A stretch of DNA of 64,000 nucleotides. It comes from Candidatus Woesearchaeota archaeon. Its GTDB lineage: Archaea; Nanobdellota; Nanobdellia; Woesearchaeales; UBA9642. The stretch covers positions 74 to 64,073 of the forward strand of contig DUIB01000009.1 of assembly GCA_013330595.1 (NCBI GenBank). Reading direction: 5' to 3'. Made by a program: the position numbers and the translations under genes. This document shows, piece after piece, positions 60,960 through 64,000 of this stretch (positions are counted from its first letter, which is position 1; each line of letters begins with the position of its first letter). The notes under the pieces were generated by a model, which was given only the letters and a program-made list of their open reading frames with translations, was not told the DNA's origin and did no database searches.

Positions 60960-61028
60960 CTATACCAGCAATACCACAACCCATCCAAGTAAACATCCTA
61001 CTGTGACAAATGGCATTGCTGGATAGAA
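60960..61028 (-). pseudogene. Orphan copy of the presenilin-gene 3' end (FYPAMPFVTVGCLLGWVVVLLV*)
   Basis: Collinear with 62361-62429; mostly synonymous or conservative changes. Confidence 0.9.
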
Positions 61029-61038
61029 CCTATGCATG

Positions 61039-61632
61039 TTATTTTCCAATATATAGCTTCATGATCAAATCTCTTGTCTTCTTAGAATAAGCAGTCAGAT
61101 ACTTTACTAGCTTTTTCTTATTGATTCTTTTCCTGAAATTCATTAAAACATCATCAGAAATATTCTGCTTGAAGACCACCATATCAATGAATGTCTTTTC
61201 TATACCAGAATATGGAAGATAAAAATCTCCATCCAGAACATATTCAAATCCGAACATGAATTTTTTGTCAGTTCTTCTTATCATAACATTAGAGCCAAAA
61301 ATGTCTCTAGTTCCACTCCTAACCTTTACTGAAGTAATTATAACAGGCACTGATGCTTGATCCCATAATCCATGAAAACTAAGTGCAGACTGCAAACCAA
61401 GATATGCGGGATTAAAACACATTACTGATAATGAATGATCATCATATTTAGAATATTTCCCTTTTATAATCTTCTTAATTTTCCCTTGTATAACAAGATT
61501 TGAGACAAGCAGCTTTGCATAATTATTATCCTGTTTCTTTACTCCAATAATTCTTTCTATTGATCTTAAATCTACAACAGGGCTTTTATCAAATAATTCC
61601 AGTATTTGTTTTATATGTTTGGATTTTCCCAT
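61039..61632 (-). CDS. AbiEi-like antitoxin/transcriptional regulator
   Basis: wHTH; PAYLGL.SAL..HGL.DQ; EKT.ID. Confidence 0.8.
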   Translation of the reverse strand: MGKSKHIKQILELFDKSPVVDLRSIERIIGVKKQDNNYAKLLVSNLVIQGKIKKIIKGKYSKYDDHSLSVMCFNPAYLGLQSALSFHGLWDQASVPVIITSVKVRSGTRDIFGSNVMIRRTDKKFMFGFEYVLDGDFYLPYSGIEKTFIDMVVFKQNISDDVLMNFRKRINKKKLVKYLTAYSKKTRDLIMKLYIGK

Positions 61633-62267
61633 TTTCTTTTTATGTATTCTATCATTTCCTTAGCTGATGGAATAATTCCCTCAATGATTATGGCCTTCAA
61701 ATCAGATTCATCTATTGGAGGCGCATATTTCTTAATCAAAAGCCTAATCTCGTTCTGGATAAATTCTCTATCCTTAACTAATTTCAATAGAAAGAAGACA
61801 TCCCATAAATCTCTTACCTTTCTTCTCTTCATATATGTAAATGATTTCTCCTTTACAAGCTGTTCAACAGTCAATCCGTATACTGAAATTATAGATCCAT
61901 CAATTTTCTCATAATCAACTATCACTCCAGAAATTCTTTGGAATGCAGCTTCAAGTCTTACATTCACCCTATTATAAACCATCTCTGAATAAACACTTCT
62001 TTCTGATATCTTTTTTTTAAGTATAACAAATCCTTTTCTTTTCAGATTCTCAAAAATAATCTCCACATCATCGGCTTTCTGGAAATAGAAATCCAAATCT
62101 TCAGAGAATCTCCTGCCATAATAGCATCTCCAGATTGAAGTTCCGCCATGAAAGACTGCATGAGGTACTGCTTTATATACTTCTTCAACTATTAAATCCT
62201 GAGCAAAGGCAATCTGCCTATGCGATTCTTTCCTTATTCTATTGGCAAGAGGTATTTTTTCTCTCAT
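61611..62267 (-). CDS. AbiEii-family nucleotidyltransferase toxin
   Basis: FHGGT...RCY...RFSEDLDF; EK......R...RDL.D. Confidence 0.88.
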   Translation of the reverse strand: MREKIPLANRIRKESHRQIAFAQDLIVEEVYKAVPHAVFHGGTSIWRCYYGRRFSEDLDFYFQKADDVEIIFENLKRKGFVILKKKISERSVYSEMVYNRVNVRLEAAFQRISGVIVDYEKIDGSIISVYGLTVEQLVKEKSFTYMKRRKVRDLWDVFFLLKLVKDREFIQNEIRLLIKKYAPPIDESDLKAIIIEGIIPSAKEMIEYIKRKWENPNI

Positions 62268-62360
62268 TTTAGTTCAAAACTCAAAATAACACTATTAACA
62301 ATAGATATATATTTATATATCTTTCGTTTATATTATAAATTAGGCCATTATATTCACGAA

Positions 62361-63287
62361 TCAAATCAACAGCACAATAACCCATCCTATTAAGCATCCT
62401 GTTGTGACAAATGGCATTGCCGGGTAGAATTTATCTTTCTTGGCAAAGAAGAATAATAATGCAAGGGCAATTGTTGTTGTTAGTATCATTATTGATGATT
62501 GCATGAATGCCTGGCTTTTAGTCAATCCTTCAACCAATAATCCTTCCATTACAGCTCCTGTCAGTATTAATGGGAATACAACATCTCCACCGCCAAGAAT
62601 TGCTGTCTTTGGCTTTTCAGATACTGATTGTTTTGCAGCTTTTGTTTTTACAGATATTTTCTTCATCTGTTTCATCTTATACGGAATCATCAATCCTGCA
62701 AAGATATTGCTTTGAGTCTGGAACTTAGCCATCTTGATCATATGCTTTGATTTCCATACAGCATACATGTCATACAATGATATAACCAGCAACAGCATTA
62801 TTGACCAGAAAACATCAAATATAGGAACTAAAAGAACTGCAATGCCCGCATATATCAACACTTCAGTAATATTATGTATAACAATATTTGTCCTGAAGAT
62901 CTTCCATGCTGCCAATATTAATGCAATAAGCATAGCTGCATCATATACAAAATACCATCCTGTTTTTACAATAACTCCTATTGATATGGACATTGCCATC
63001 CATACAGCAAGGAAAAACCAGAACTTCCAAATATTCACTTTCTTGAATCTTGCAAGTATCAATACAAGGATTGTTCCTATAGCAACTCCAATGATAAGAT
63101 AAAGAAAGCTTCCTGCACCTTTGGTCTCTGGTCTTGGGCCTAATGATGTATCTTCATGAGCAACAACAATATTTCCAGCATCATCCTTTAATACTGCAGC
63201 ATCAATGTTTATCAACCATAATCCTGCTACTTGTGCTAAAATAAAGAATACCAATAAAGTTATTGTGATTAATAAATTATGCTTCAT
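62361..63287 (-). CDS. Presenilin-family intramembrane aspartyl protease
   Basis: YD..AVWKSKHM, LGGGD, PAMPF. Confidence 0.9.
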   Translation of the reverse strand: MKHNLLITITLLVFFILAQVAGLWLINIDAAVLKDDAGNIVVAHEDTSLGPRPETKGAGSFLYLIIGVAIGTILVLILARFKKVNIWKFWFFLAVWMAMSISIGVIVKTGWYFVYDAAMLIALILAAWKIFRTNIVIHNITEVLIYAGIAVLLVPIFDVFWSIMLLLVISLYDMYAVWKSKHMIKMAKFQTQSNIFAGLMIPYKMKQMKKISVKTKAAKQSVSEKPKTAILGGGDVVFPLILTGAVMEGLLVEGLTKSQAFMQSSIMILTTTIALALLFFFAKKDKFYPAMPFVTTGCLIGWVIVLLI

Positions 63288-63952
63288 TTTTTTAGAGACT
63301 TTCTACTCTTTTTAAATCTATTCTCTCTCCAGTGTTTATAGAATTCTATTGCAGCAGGAATCAACGATACAACTATTATTACACCAATAAATATTGTGAA
63401 GTTCTCTTTTACAAAAGGCAGGTTTCCAAAGAAATATCCTGTCCATAAAAAAAACCCTACCCATAAAATACCTCCCACAACATTATAGACTAGGAATCTG
63501 AAATAATTCATTTTTCCAACACCTGCAAGAAAAGGAGCAAAAGTCCTTATTATAGGAATGAATCTTGCAATGATTATTGTCTTTCCACCATATTTATCAA
63601 AGAATTTATGAGTCCTGTTAAGATATTCTTTATTTAAAAGCTTTGATTTAGATTTAAAGACTCTTGGCCCTATAAAATGCCCAATAGAATAATTGACAGT
63701 ATCTCCTAATATGGATGCAGCACTCATCAAAATGAATAAGAAAAAGGCATTCATTGCCCCTTGTGCAGATAATGCTCCAGCTGTAAATATTAAGCTGTCT
63801 CCAGGAAGAAAAGGAGTCAAGACTAAAGCTGTTTCAAGAAATATCACTATAAAGATAATAAGATAAACCCATAAGCCATAAATATTGATAATACTCAATA
63901 AATTAGTATCCAGGTGCATGACATAATCCAGCAAATCAGTAATTAACGACAT
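63284..63952 (-). CDS. DedA family protein
   Basis: F.ET.....PFLPGDSL.F.AG, GD..NY..G, ARFIP..RTFAPF.AG. Confidence 0.93.
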   Translation of the reverse strand: MSLITDLLDYVMHLDTNLLSIINIYGLWVYLIIFIVIFLETALVLTPFLPGDSLIFTAGALSAQGAMNAFFLFILMSAASILGDTVNYSIGHFIGPRVFKSKSKLLNKEYLNRTHKFFDKYGGKTIIIARFIPIIRTFAPFLAGVGKMNYFRFLVYNVVGGILWVGFFLWTGYFFGNLPFVKENFTIFIGVIIVVSLIPAAIEFYKHWRENRFKKSRKSLKK

Positions 63953-64000
63953 TAATCCCTAAATACATAAACTATTTAAAAATGTTAAGGAAAATAGATT

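Overview
AT-rich archaeal window, most consistent with a DPANN (Woesearchaeota-like) chromosome. The evidence is gatD/gatE, cdc48, deoxyhypusine synthase, Bud32, a presenilin-type protease, ppdK and BRE/TATA promoters. Core genes alternate with many accessory cassettes (toxin-antitoxin pairs, nucleotidyltransferases, AAA+/DUF4143 ATPases). Main signals: (1) An unusually arranged diversity-generating retroelement. It has an RT with a C-terminal HTH extension, a divergent target gene with an internal VR plus GAA hairpin, a TR inside a self-enclosed ~330-nt structured RNA, and no visible avd. (2) Accessory cassettes repeatedly bounded by short, mostly synonymously diverged copies of the ends of three core genes (ppdK 3' x2, presenilin 3' x2, gatE 5' plus promoter x1). 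This points to serial cassette accretion by gene-end replacement, with no integrase in the window. (3) Three tandem T-rich secreted paralogs carrying a bacterial T9SS-sorting-like domain and a degenerate zincin motif. (4) A shared palindromic upstream promoter element, a candidate small RNA and a family of AT-rich hairpin insertions. No rRNA, tRNA or CRISPR array was recognised. All functional calls come from motif recognition by eye; no database searches were run.
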